Shown here: piece by piece, positions 30,225 through 40,119 of the stretch | How positions within the stretch are numbered: the stretch's first letter is position 1 | How the letters are laid out: every line of letters starts with the position of its first letter | Assembly (NCBI GenBank): GCA_965248055.1 | Contig: CBDFIJ010000004.1 | Location: 1,952,001 to 2,016,000 of the forward strand | DNA: 64,000 nt | Origin: Candidatus Multivoradales bacterium | Lineage (GTDB): Bacteria > Acidobacteriota > Thermoanaerobaculia > Multivoradales > JAHEKO01 | Direction of reading: 5' to 3' | The notes under the pieces: generated by a model | The model's input: the letters and a program-made list of their open reading frames with translations, nothing else | Told to the model about the DNA's origin: nothing | The model's database searches: none | Made by a program: the position numbers and the translations under genes

Positions 30225-31499
30225 GACGCCGATACGCTCAGACACGATCCATTGCTTAAGACAGTGTGTGATCGGACACCCAATGATCCAGTAGGTCTGT
30301 CCTCCCAGCCGACGCTGTCACGGTTTGAGAATGCTCCAGATGGCTTGACGTTAAGACGCTTAACGCGTTGGCTGGAACAGAGCTGGATTGACGCCTTGCC
30401 AGAGTCGACAAGCGAGATCATCTTGGATATCGACGCTACCGATGATGAAACCCACGGCCAGCAGCAGCGTTCCTTCTTCCACGGCTTCTACGATCACCAT
30501 ATGTACCACCCGCTGATGGTCTACGACGGCGACAGTGGACAGCTCGTTAGTGCCTTCTTGCGTCCGGGTAACACTCACTCCAGCCGCGGTGCTTTGGGCT
30601 TGCTGCGACGATTGATCGGTCGCCTTAAACAGCGTTTTCCCGAAGTCGCTATCGTGGTGCGAGGAGATGCCGGTTTCGCCATGCCTAAGCTCATGAAAGC
30701 ACTTGAAAAGCTTGATGTGGACTACCTGTTTGGCATCGCCAAGAACGCTCGGCTCAAACGCCTTGCCGAACCGACGATGGATTGGGCCGAAGAGATGTTT
30801 GATCGCTCAGAGACTACCGTCAAGCGGTTCACCAGCTTCGAGTACGCCGCTCGAAGCTGGCCCTATACTCGACGCATCATCGCCAAGGCCGAACACTCGG
30901 CCTTTGGACCCAATCCGCGCTTCGTGGTCACTTCGCTCGAAGGCTTCGACGCCGAAACGCTCTATCGAGCCTACACCCAGCGCGGTTTGTGCGAACTCTG
31001 GATCAAGGACTTCAAATGCGCCCTGGCGGCTGATCGGCTTTCGTGCTCAAGTTTTGCCGCCAATAGCTTCCGTCTCTTGCTCCACGCGGCCGCCTACCGA
31101 CTCCTTCACGCCCTTAGACAAGAAGCTGCCATGGTCTCTCCAGAACTCGGCCGAGCCCAATTCGATACCCTTAGGCTTCGACTGCTCAAAGTAGCAGCGA
31201 TTGTGCGCCAAAGTGTACGGCGCTTGTCGATCCAGTTACCCAGAGCCTACCCCTGGAGCTACGCCTTCGCCTGGCTCGCTCAGCGCATCAACGCTCCGCC
31301 TCTTCTCGCCTGAAAAACCCCAGACAGAACAACTGCCTCCTTGTTCAACTCCACCGTCGAACTGTGTCCGAACCTCGCTCTACCAACACTCACAAACGCC
31401 TTCTCGCCATTAGCCTCTGACAACCAAACATTTTCAACTGCTCAGCGTGACCAAAACTGACCTTCTCAATACAAATTCAAACCTCATGAATAATGCAGG
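30225..31499 (+). mobile_element. 5'-truncated IS1380-family element (transposase remnant ends at 31313)
   Basis: DADTLRHDPLLK, LSSQPTLSRFEN, LDIDATDDETHGQQQ, VRGDAGF motifs; right end ATGAATAATGCAGG followed by CTAG; left end and N-terminus missing. Confidence 0.88.
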
Positions 31500-32239
31500 C
31501 TAGCCCGCTGCTCCAGCATGGCCAGAGCCGCTGTTGTCTCACCGTTGCCGGTGACGATGTTGACCTCGGTGTTGACAATCATCCCGTGCCGGTTCTCGAC
31601 CAGAATGTTGCCCCGGTAGCTTAGTTTTGCTTCCTTACCACGGCCTTTTCGCGACAGCCGAGACTCGGGGTCGGTCGTCGAAGCGTGCGTTTGGTTCAAC
31701 CGCTTCTGGCCTCGGAAGTCCGCTCCACCGTCCAGAGGTTTAACCTCTTCGTCCTTTGGCCGAAAGCTCTTGTGCGAAGCCCAAGCCTCGATCAGTGTGC
31801 CATCAACGCTGAAGTGATCCGGTGACAGCAGATCACGGTCCTCGGCTTGAGACAGCACCGCTGCAAACAGTTCTTCCGCGATCGAACCTTCGAGCAAGCG
31901 CTCTCGGTTCTTGCAAAACGTCGTCGCGTCCCACACCCGCTCGTCGATACCAAGACCGACAAACCAGCGAAATAGAAGGTTGTACTCAAGTTGCTCCATC
32001 AGCTGGCGTTCACTACGCACGCTGAAGAGCACTTGAAGCAGCAATGCTCGGAGCAGACGCTCGGGGGGAATCGAAGGGCGACCACTCGAAGCGTAGATCG
32101 TCTCAAAACGCTCCGATAGCTCTCCAAGAGCTTCGTCCATCAAACTCCGGATCCGCCGCAACGGATGAGACCGAGGGATTCGCCGTTCCAGGTCAACGTA
32201 GCTAAACATTGATCCCTGACCTTGATCCGATCCACGCAT
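31500..32239 (-). pseudogene. IS5-family transposase, C-terminally truncated by IS1380
   Basis: GRPSIPPERLLRALLLQ, SERQLMEQL, FSVDGTLIEAWAS; reading frame runs into the IS1380 end. Confidence 0.88.
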
Positions 32240-32303
32240 CCAAACCTCCTATTCCCAATCATAGAATCGTCATGGTCCGGTGTTGGGGTTTTTCAGCAAG
32301 CTC

Positions 32304-33734
32304 CTAGAGCTCTGGATCTTGTCGAATGGCTGAGTACTGGGCCTCGTCGGTAAGACGACCTCGATTGTAGATCGTACCGGCTGCGTGGAGGGTATCGCGC
32401 CAAAAATTTCCCGTTAGGTGTGTTCGAACGATGGTGGCGTGTTCGATAGCCAGAGCATATTGCTGGGTCTTGGTTTTCTGGTTGTCCCACGCATAGTTCC
32501 CGAGAAAATGCGTGTCGGCAATTCCTGGCCCGAACGCCCGCATTAGGAAACCACTTTGGACGTAGGGTTTCGGTGTGTTGCCACCTTTGTTTTGCCCATT
32601 ATTCTGGACGTAGTTGCCAATGAACTGCTGGCGTCGGCACCGTTCGTACTTGGAGAGTATGACAAAACCGGCAACATCGGAGGTGACCGACCAATTGCCT
32701 AGCACCAGTAGATCTGAGCAGTCTCGAAAGGTAAACCCGGTTTCGCCACAGTCGATCGAAATATTGCCGACTACCTGACTACGATGAACGCAATGGAAAG
32801 AGTAATGGTCGGCGGTTCCGTAACCGCCGGGGCCGTGGAAGTCGCCATTACCGATGATGACGTTTCGTTTGATCGAGATGAATTCGTGGCGTTCGCTGTT
32901 GAGCGTCCCAAGAAAGATCGGATTGCTCATTCCTGGGTCGAGCGGAAAATCCAAAATCGTGTTGTCTTCGAAGCGGACATGCTGACTTGAAAGGCTACTT
33001 TCTCCAAACAGCCAGATCGCGCGACGGTGGATCTCAGAAAAATGGCACCGCAGGATCGCCACGTGGGAGGCACCTTGGCCTACTTGGACGCCATGGCCGA
33101 CACTGTGAAACTCACAGGTTTCGATCAATACTTCCTGAGTCCTCCCGGACCCGAACACTCCAGGTGGGGTGTCCAAATGAAGCGCAGTGACTCCTGGAGT
33201 TGAAGCGCTCCAGCCTGTGAAACGAACACCGTTGATCCAAATTCGGTTGCAACCGGCGCCAAACTCGACGATTGCCCGAAAGCAACGCCCATTCGAGTTG
33301 AGGGTTAGGTTTTGGATCACAATGTGATTGGAGCCCTCTTCGACCTGGATCAAACTACCATTGCTGAAGGTGGAATGTGCGCCAATAGAGGCAGCAATGC
33401 GACCTTCGCCAAACAACTCCACGCCGGTGCGCAGGGTCAGGGTAGACCCAACCAACAAAGGTTCTTGAATGATGACCCGTCCACCGCCGATCGCTGCTAC
33501 CAAATCAATCGCGTTTTGAATCGCAGCGTAGTCGTCGGCGCCAGCACCAACCGTGGTAGGAACAATGTCCGCGCTCGGCCGTGGAGCTTGCAATCGAAGG
33601 CTTTGCGCGTCAACTTTGGCGGATGTCAGTCCCCAGGTGGCGAGAGTAATCCCAGAAAGACCTGCGGCCAATTGTCTCCTAGAGAGCTGTCCTTTTTTAT
33701 GAGAAGCTAAGAGTCCGTCAATTTCTTTTCGCAT
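32304..33734 (-). CDS. Right-handed beta-helix (pectate-lyase-like) protein with Tat-like signal
   Basis: LSRRQLAAGL twin-Arg-like leader, DDYAAIQNAID motif, repeated Asn-rich beta-helix turns; start inferred. Confidence 0.75.
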   Translation of the reverse strand: MRKEIDGLLASHKKGQLSRRQLAAGLSGITLATWGLTSAKVDAQSLRLQAPRPSADIVPTTVGAGADDYAAIQNAIDLVAAIGGGRVIIQEPLLVGSTLTLRTGVELFGEGRIAASIGAHSTFSNGSLIQVEEGSNHIVIQNLTLNSNGRCFRAIVEFGAGCNRIWINGVRFTGWSASTPGVTALHLDTPPGVFGSGRTQEVLIETCEFHSVGHGVQVGQGASHVAILRCHFSEIHRRAIWLFGESSLSSQHVRFEDNTILDFPLDPGMSNPIFLGTLNSERHEFISIKRNVIIGNGDFHGPGGYGTADHYSFHCVHRSQVVGNISIDCGETGFTFRDCSDLLVLGNWSVTSDVAGFVILSKYERCRRQQFIGNYVQNNGQNKGGNTPKPYVQSGFLMRAFGPGIADTHFLGNYAWDNQKTKTQQYALAIEHATIVRTHLTGNFWRDTLHAAGTIYNRGRLTDEAQYSAIRQDPEL

Positions 33735-33774
33735 GTTTGTCTGCCTAGAATGCTGATCATATTTACGTGCGTGA

Positions 33775-35613
33775 CTAATCATTGCCATGGGCGATAGCTG
33801 TTCTTGGACTCTCCCAGCGGACGGGTCTGGTCGCAACACCAAGCAGACGGATATCAGTGGATCGCCGAAGCTTGTGATACTGCCGATAATTGCGGAAGGG
33901 TCGAAAGGTTGGAGTGACGTCAAACGACACGACAACGAATCTCTCCTCGGGCTTGTCTACAATAAAGCGGTGCTCTTCCCACCCACCTTCAATCAAAAGC
34001 TTTCGAGCTGGAACCCCATTGATCGATACCAAAACCGAGACAGGTGTTTGGCCTGCTCGTGGATGCCCGTTAGCCAAGCTTAGTATAAGCACTTCGTCCT
34101 GCCACAATATTCTTTGGCTGGCATGGGCTTCGGTCCAAAGCAGGGGCCTTCCAGAGGAGGTTTCAGCTTCGTGAAATCCGAAGGTCTGATTGCCGACCAA
34201 GGCGGGTGGATGGAGAAAAACAAGACGTAAGATGGTGACCAAAACGGCCAAGGCTCCGAGCACCTTCGACACAGTTGTGGTCCACTTGGGTTCTTGGGTC
34301 GAGGCTATTGCTGCGATGGCCCCGAAAACGATCCAGATCAACCAGGCAACATTTTTTATATAGAAGAGATACTGGACGAGTCCGTATACCAAGATGGCAA
34401 CAAGGCTGAGCACCAAGGCAAAAGAAAAAGCGAAGTTGTCCTCACGAGGCGTGCGAACAGAGCTAACTGCGCTAGCGAACAGCAGGCCGCAAGCCAACAC
34501 CCCCAAGATTCCGCGTTCTGCCAGCAGATGAAGATAGAGATTGTGGACAGTATTGTGACTATGGCGAGCCCCTTCGGTTCCCGGTGGGCGAAAGAGGTCA
34601 TATACCGGAGCGAAAGATCCCAGTCCCCACCCGGCGGCAGGCCTTTCCGTGGCCATCTCCAAGGCAGCACTCCACAATGGAGCGCGGCCTTCCAAGCCAT
34701 AGCTTGCCGATCGAACTCTCTCCATCAACGGATTGTTGATACCGCTCATCACCCCAATGGTGCCCAGTGTTACCGCGACTAGGACACCCCCGCCAATCCA
34801 AACTTGGTGGGGGTGAAGGCCTCTCTTAAGGATTGATCGGAGCCAGATGGCGCCGCATGCGGCAGCTTGGATCAGACCCACCAACCAAGCACCCCTCTGT
34901 TGGGTGAAGACCAAGGCGGCAAGAGTGAGACCGACAAACGGCAAGGTCGCTCTTCGCCCCCACTTTCCACCAGTCCACAGTGCGGCGGTGGCAAGCGGGG
35001 CGACGATAACCAGATACTCAGCGAGCCAACCAGAGAGAAAAAAGACCGACTGTAGCCGTTCTATCGGACGATGGATTCCATAGCGAGGCCGGAAGCTATC
35101 CAAATCGAACAGGCCTACTTGAGTCGTGACGCCGATCAAAAGAACACCGGTCAAACTGACCAAGAAAGCAATTCCGAGCTGCCTTATGCTCTGCTGATCA
35201 AAGGTCTTGCGAACCGCTCGAAAGAGCCCCCATCCGATCAACAAATTGGCAGCAGCTCTCCAGGTATAGAGCGCAGTAAAGCTCTCCACTCCAGGAAAAG
35301 TCTGAGCTAGTCGCCACAGTGAGGATGGATGCCAAGACGGCGGGAGGTAAGAAAAGGGAACCAGCGACAGAAGACCTACCAGCACGAAAAGTTGAGCCGG
35401 GCGGTCTAACTGTGAGTGCGTACGTTCCCCTCTGAGGCATACGATGATCGCCGTGATTGCGGCGACATCGAGCGCGGCAAGATAAGGCCCTCCAGGGGGT
35501 GAACCGAACAGCGGGAGAAACACGACCAAGGCCAAGAGCCCCAGTTTCGGTCTGACCGCTCCCAGTATGGCAACCAGAACAGGGACTGACCAGATAATAG
35601 ATTCCGCAGCCAT
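33775..35613 (-). CDS. O-antigen ligase/O-oligosaccharyltransferase family membrane protein
   Basis: Many TM helices, TQQRGAW, R..LW..A, GWGLGSF, HNLYLHLLAERG (Wzy_C) and a C-terminal soluble domain. Confidence 0.85.
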   Translation of the reverse strand: MAAESIIWSVPVLVAILGAVRPKLGLLALVVFLPLFGSPPGGPYLAALDVAAITAIIVCLRGERTHSQLDRPAQLFVLVGLLSLVPFSYLPPSWHPSSLWRLAQTFPGVESFTALYTWRAAANLLIGWGLFRAVRKTFDQQSIRQLGIAFLVSLTGVLLIGVTTQVGLFDLDSFRPRYGIHRPIERLQSVFFLSGWLAEYLVIVAPLATAALWTGGKWGRRATLPFVGLTLAALVFTQQRGAWLVGLIQAAACGAIWLRSILKRGLHPHQVWIGGGVLVAVTLGTIGVMSGINNPLMERVRSASYGLEGRAPLWSAALEMATERPAAGWGLGSFAPVYDLFRPPGTEGARHSHNTVHNLYLHLLAERGILGVLACGLLFASAVSSVRTPREDNFAFSFALVLSLVAILVYGLVQYLFYIKNVAWLIWIVFGAIAAIASTQEPKWTTTVSKVLGALAVLVTILRLVFLHPPALVGNQTFGFHEAETSSGRPLLWTEAHASQRILWQDEVLILSLANGHPRAGQTPVSVLVSINGVPARKLLIEGGWEEHRFIVDKPEERFVVVSFDVTPTFRPFRNYRQYHKLRRSTDIRLLGVATRPVRWESPRTAIAHGND

Positions 35614-35665
35614 GGATTGGCAGGAGTAATAATTTAGGGAGACGATCGATACCTAGAAGAGTGGC

Positions 35666-36808
35666 TCAAGGGACGATATCGAAAACTTGCGTATCGTTGT
35701 CAAGTTCCTCGCCAATCGGGCTCTCAGGTGCGTTGTCCTTGGATTCTAAGGTTGCTTCGGCTTTGGGTCGAACGGTGCGAATCAAGAGCACGGCCACGAA
35801 CTCAATGCTCAGAAATCCCAGACCTAACCACCAGTTCCCACTGACCGCTACCAGCAACGCCATGGCGCAGAACGCCACCGCCAAAGCATAGAGAGTGAAA
35901 ATGACCCTGGAGCGCTGCCGGTTGGCGCTAATCAGCAGGTGGTGCAGATGGCTGCGGTCGGCGTGAAAAATACTAGCGAGTCGGTTTGCTTTGCGGTGCC
36001 CGCGAAGAAATCTGTACCACATGACCAATAAGGTATCGAAGACGGGTAGTCCAAGTGCCAAGATAGGCACTAAGATCGCGACCGCCGCAGAGGCTTTTAT
36101 CGATGACCGCAGCGGGAAGGTAGCCAGGAGGAAACCCAGAGTCAGCGAACCAGAATCACCCATGTAGATTTTTGCGGGATGCCAGTTGTGGCGCAAGAAC
36201 CCCAGACAGGCGCCAACCATGCAGCTGGCGGCAATGGCACTGGCCGGCCGGTTCTGGAGAACAGACAACATTAGAAGGCTGCAGGAAATAATCGCCACCA
36301 AACCAGCTGCCAACCCGTCGAGACCGTCAATGAAGTTGATCGCGTTGGTGACTCCAACGATCCAAATCACTGACAACAACGGGGCAACGGCTCCGACATA
36401 TAGCCGCCCATCCCACGGGAATCGAAGAGCAGTAAATTGCCAACCAAGAGCAACGACAATCGCTGCAGCACCGACCTGAACTACCAGCTTCATAAAGGGG
36501 CCAAGAGTGTAAATATCGTCGAAAAGACCAAGAGTAAAGATGATCAATGTCGCGATGGAAAAACCGATAATTTCCTTGGGAGACAGCGTTTGTCCAGAGA
36601 GCAGCAGCAAGCTGGGCACCAAGGACACTAAGATCCCCGCCATAATGGCGATGCCACCCAGTCGCGGTGTTGAAACAATATGCTTCTTTCGGCCCCCAGG
36701 TTTGTCAACAACATGAAGACAAACGGCCAACTTGACTACCGATGGAGTCAGTATCATGGTTACCAATGCAGCCCCAACTCCCGGGATCAGGACTTGTAGC
36801 CAGTTCAT
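35666..36808 (-). CDS. WecA/TagO-type undecaprenyl-phosphate HexNAc-1-P transferase
   Basis: TPRLGG, GLFDD, NAINFIDGLDGLA, YMGDSGS, HLHH motifs. Confidence 0.92.
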   Translation of the reverse strand: MNWLQVLIPGVGAALVTMILTPSVVKLAVCLHVVDKPGGRKKHIVSTPRLGGIAIMAGILVSLVPSLLLLSGQTLSPKEIIGFSIATLIIFTLGLFDDIYTLGPFMKLVVQVGAAAIVVALGWQFTALRFPWDGRLYVGAVAPLLSVIWIVGVTNAINFIDGLDGLAAGLVAIISCSLLMLSVLQNRPASAIAASCMVGACLGFLRHNWHPAKIYMGDSGSLTLGFLLATFPLRSSIKASAAVAILVPILALGLPVFDTLLVMWYRFLRGHRKANRLASIFHADRSHLHHLLISANRQRSRVIFTLYALAVAFCAMALLVAVSGNWWLGLGFLSIEFVAVLLIRTVRPKAEATLESKDNAPESPIGEELDNDTQVFDIVP

Positions 36809-36963
36809 TTGGGTGATTCTAGCAGTGCCCCTGAGGCAGTTAAGAATGACGCCGATCACGCAAAGAAGCTTCAGTCTGACAACCGAGAAAGAGCAGGCTT
36901 ATCTTGGTACTCTCTTTCCTGAGGTCAAGAGCAACTTTATGGTGAACGGAGCAGGTTGAGACG

Positions 36964-37857
36964 ATGCGAGTATTGGTTCTGGGAGCAGCGGGGATGCTCG
37001 GGCATAAGGTCTGCCAAGTGCTAGGCCGCACGAAACATGAGGTCGCGGGAACCCTGCGCGATGATGTAAATGCGCACCCTGCGTATCGAGACCTCTATCG
37101 CGAGATGACCTTGTTGGAAAAGGTTGATGTTTTGGACGACGAATCTCTCGAGAGGGCGATTCGATCTGTTGAGCCTGAGTTCGTGGTCAACTGCATCGGC
37201 ATAGTCAAACAGTTGCCGGAAGCAGAAGATCCTTTTCTCTCGGTAGCGATCAATTCCTTCTTGCCACACAGGCTAGCTCGTCTGTGCCAACAACGAAACT
37301 GTCGATTGATACACATCAGCACCGACTGTGTTTTTGATGGTTCGAAGGGCAACTATTTAGAAACAGATCTAACCAACGCGGAAGATCTCTATGGACGTAG
37401 CAAGGCGCTGGGCGAAACGCAGTCGTCACAGACTTCAGCGCTGACGCTTAGAACGTCCTTTATCGGCCGTGAACTCAAGGCCTCTACTCATGGGCTGATC
37501 GAGTGGTTTTTGACCCAGGGCGGCCAAAGAGTTCAAGGATTCGCAGGAGTTACCTACACAGGTTTGACATCGTTGGAGCTTGCCGCCGTTATTGGTTGTA
37601 TCGTGGATGGTGGAATTGAGTTGAACGGGACTCGGCAGGTTGCGAGTGAACCGATCAACAAATACCAGCTGCTTTGTCTGGTGCGAGACGTTTATGGCCT
37701 CGACATCGAAATTGACCAGGTCACGGAGCCGACTTTTGAGCGAAGTCTGATTATGTCTTCGTTTTCCGAAGTGATGGGATACTCAGCGCCGAGCTGGAAG
37801 CAAATGATTGTCGATATGCATCAAGATCCGACACCGTATAACGTGTGGGCAAGATAG
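36964..37857 (+). CDS. RmlD-like NDP-4-keto-6-deoxyhexose reductase
   Basis: GAAGMLG, HISTDCVFDG, YGRSK. Confidence 0.88.
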   Translation: MRVLVLGAAGMLGHKVCQVLGRTKHEVAGTLRDDVNAHPAYRDLYREMTLLEKVDVLDDESLERAIRSVEPEFVVNCIGIVKQLPEAEDPFLSVAINSFLPHRLARLCQQRNCRLIHISTDCVFDGSKGNYLETDLTNAEDLYGRSKALGETQSSQTSALTLRTSFIGRELKASTHGLIEWFLTQGGQRVQGFAGVTYTGLTSLELAAVIGCIVDGGIELNGTRQVASEPINKYQLLCLVRDVYGLDIEIDQVTEPTFERSLIMSSFSEVMGYSAPSWKQMIVDMHQDPTPYNVWAR

Positions 37858-37869
37858 AGGAGACTTAGA

Positions 37870-38937
37870 GTGATACTTGAAGGCAAGGCGGTTCTAGTAA
37901 CGGGCGGGACGGGGTCTCTCGGCCGATCGTTGGTCCGAAGAGTCCTTGGCGGGGAACTCGGTGCCCCTAAGAAGGTCATTATCTTGTCTCGCGATGAAGC
38001 GAAGCAGCACGCGATGAGAGTCTCGTATTTGAACAACAAGGTTACGACCGATGAGGTGATCTATCGAAACTTCGAGAAGGTTCTGGAGTTTCGAATCGGG
38101 GATGTTCGCAGTTACGCCGACGTATGTTCAGCGCTTCGAGATGTGGAGATCGTGGTCAATGCGGCCGCACTCAAGCAAGTTCCAACTTGCGAATATTTTC
38201 CCGCCCAGGCTGTGGCTACCAATTGTCTGGGGCCTGAAAATATCGTGCGCGCAATTCGTAATCATGGCTACCCGGTTGAAACGGTGGTGGGTATCAGCAC
38301 CGACAAAGCCTGCAAGCCAGTCAATGTCATGGGTATGACCAAGGCGATCCAGGAGAGAATCTTTCTTTCCGCCAACGTTTTGATTCCATCGACACGATTC
38401 GTCTGCGTCCGCTATGGCAACGTCCTTTCATCGCGGGGATCGGTGGTTCCTTTATTTCATGAACAAATCCGGGCTGGTGGTCCGATCACACTGACCAGTC
38501 CCGAGATGACCCGTTTCTTGCTGAGCTTGGACGATGCTGTCGATGTCGTATTTGAAGCATTGCACCGAGCAAAAGCGGGTGAGACCTACATCCCAATTGC
38601 AAAAGCTGCCAAAGTTGTTGACATTGCACAGGCGATGATCGGCGATAGCGATATCGAAATGAAGACAATAGGTGTTCGTCCCGGAGAGAAACTCAACGAA
38701 GTCTTGGTGTCCGAAGAAGAGTGCAACCACGTTATCAGGCGTGGGGATTACTATGTAATTCTCCCGGTCTTGCCCGAGCTAAAGACAGGGGAAAGTGTGG
38801 ACAGAACGGTTCTTGACCAAGAATATGGTTCCGGTGGCGATTTGCTCGACACCGAAGCTACCCGAGCACTGTTGGCAAGAAATAACCTGCTGCCGGATTC
38901 TTTGTCGCCGAGTGAATCAAAAGATATTTTGCAGTGA
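37870..38937 (+). CDS. UDP-GlcNAc 4,6-dehydratase (FnlA/WbjB-like)
   Basis: TGGTGSLG, AALKQVPTCE, STDKACKPVNVMGMTK, RYGNV, RPGEKL. Confidence 0.9.
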   Translation: MILEGKAVLVTGGTGSLGRSLVRRVLGGELGAPKKVIILSRDEAKQHAMRVSYLNNKVTTDEVIYRNFEKVLEFRIGDVRSYADVCSALRDVEIVVNAAALKQVPTCEYFPAQAVATNCLGPENIVRAIRNHGYPVETVVGISTDKACKPVNVMGMTKAIQERIFLSANVLIPSTRFVCVRYGNVLSSRGSVVPLFHEQIRAGGPITLTSPEMTRFLLSLDDAVDVVFEALHRAKAGETYIPIAKAAKVVDIAQAMIGDSDIEMKTIGVRPGEKLNEVLVSEEECNHVIRRGDYYVILPVLPELKTGESVDRTVLDQEYGSGGDLLDTEATRALLARNNLLPDSLSPSESKDILQ

Positions 38938-38965
38938 GTCGGACTCTCAGCCGAAGAGACCCCTG

Positions 38966-40099
38966 ATGTCGCGGATCAAAGTCGCCACGATTGTTGGAAC
39001 CCGCCCTGAGTTGATTAAGCTCTCCCGGGTGATAGCTGAACTTGATCGCCACGTTGATCACACCCTGATTCACACCGGACAAAATTTCGACTACGAACTC
39101 AACCAGGTCTTTTTTGAACAACTAGACCTTCCGCAACCACAGCACTATCTAGAAGCAGCGGGTGAGACCCCCGCTGAAACGGTTGCAAACGTGATCGCCA
39201 AAACAGATCGAGTCCTTGCGCGGTTGAACCCCGACGCGGTCCTGCTACTAGGTGACACCAACAGCTGTCTTGCAGTCATCGCCGCCAAGAAACGCCAAAT
39301 CCCGGTCTTTCATATGGAGGCGGGGAATCGCTCATTCGACCAGCGAATACCGGAGGAGACAAACCGCAAGGTGGTCGACCATCTCAGTGATATCAATTTG
39401 CCGTACACGGAGCACGCCCGACGCTATTTAGTTGCCGAAGGGTTGGACCCAGCACGGGTGATTAAGACCGGTTCGCCAATGCGGGAAGTTCTTGAATACT
39501 ATATGCCGAATATCGAAGCCTCGACGATCCTTGAGGATCTGAACCTGGAAGCAGGAGGCTATTTTGTCGCCAGCGCCCATCGAGAAGAAAATATTGATGA
39601 TCCAGAGAGACTCAGTCGATTGATGGAAGCCTTTCGCCAAGTTCATCAAGAACATAGAAAACCGATTATTTTCAGTACTCATCCTAGAACCCGGGCACAA
39701 CTGGACAAACAAACAGCAGCGGTGGAAAAAGAGATCCGTTTTCTTAGGCCACTGGGTTTTCTTGACTACATTTGGTTGCAACGGAATGCTGCGTGTGTGA
39801 TTAGCGACAGCGGTTCGTTGACCGAAGAAGTGTCTTTGTTGAATTTGCCTGCGGTTACCATCCGGGAAGCGCATGAACGTCCTGAAGGGATGGATGAAGC
39901 GACGCTCGTGATGTCTGGATTGGAACCGCAGAGGGTTTTGCAGGCAGTCGAACTGGTGATGGCGCAGCATCGCACTGACCGAGCGCCCTTCGATGTCGTC
40001 AACGACTACCGCTGTGGCAATGTTTCCAAGAAAGTTGTTCGGATCATTTTGAGCTACATCGACTACGTCAACGCAAATGTTTGGCGTAAACAGGTCTAG
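38966..40099 (+). CDS. Non-hydrolysing UDP-HexNAc 2-epimerase (FnlC/WbjD/QnlB-like)
   Basis: GTRPELIKL, HTGQNFDYELN, HMEAGNRSFD, HREEN, ERPEG. Confidence 0.9.
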   Translation: MSRIKVATIVGTRPELIKLSRVIAELDRHVDHTLIHTGQNFDYELNQVFFEQLDLPQPQHYLEAAGETPAETVANVIAKTDRVLARLNPDAVLLLGDTNSCLAVIAAKKRQIPVFHMEAGNRSFDQRIPEETNRKVVDHLSDINLPYTEHARRYLVAEGLDPARVIKTGSPMREVLEYYMPNIEASTILEDLNLEAGGYFVASAHREENIDDPERLSRLMEAFRQVHQEHRKPIIFSTHPRTRAQLDKQTAAVEKEIRFLRPLGFLDYIWLQRNAACVISDSGSLTEEVSLLNLPAVTIREAHERPEGMDEATLVMSGLEPQRVLQAVELVMAQHRTDRAPFDVVNDYRCGNVSKKVVRIILSYIDYVNANVWRKQV

Positions 40100-40119
40100 G
40101 TCTAGGTCTAGATTCATAA

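Larger units (their letters stand above)
30122..32303 (-). mobile_element. IS5-family element containing a nested IS1380 remnant
   Basis: IRs CAGCCTGCTGAAAAAC and GTTTTTCAGCAAGCTC; CTAG duplicated at 30118-30121 and 32304-32307. Confidence 0.85.

Noticed and set aside
40092-40112. (AGGTCT)3 microsatellite before wzy as a phase-variation tract
   Set aside because: Only three units, overlapping a stop codon; too short to support slippage-based switching
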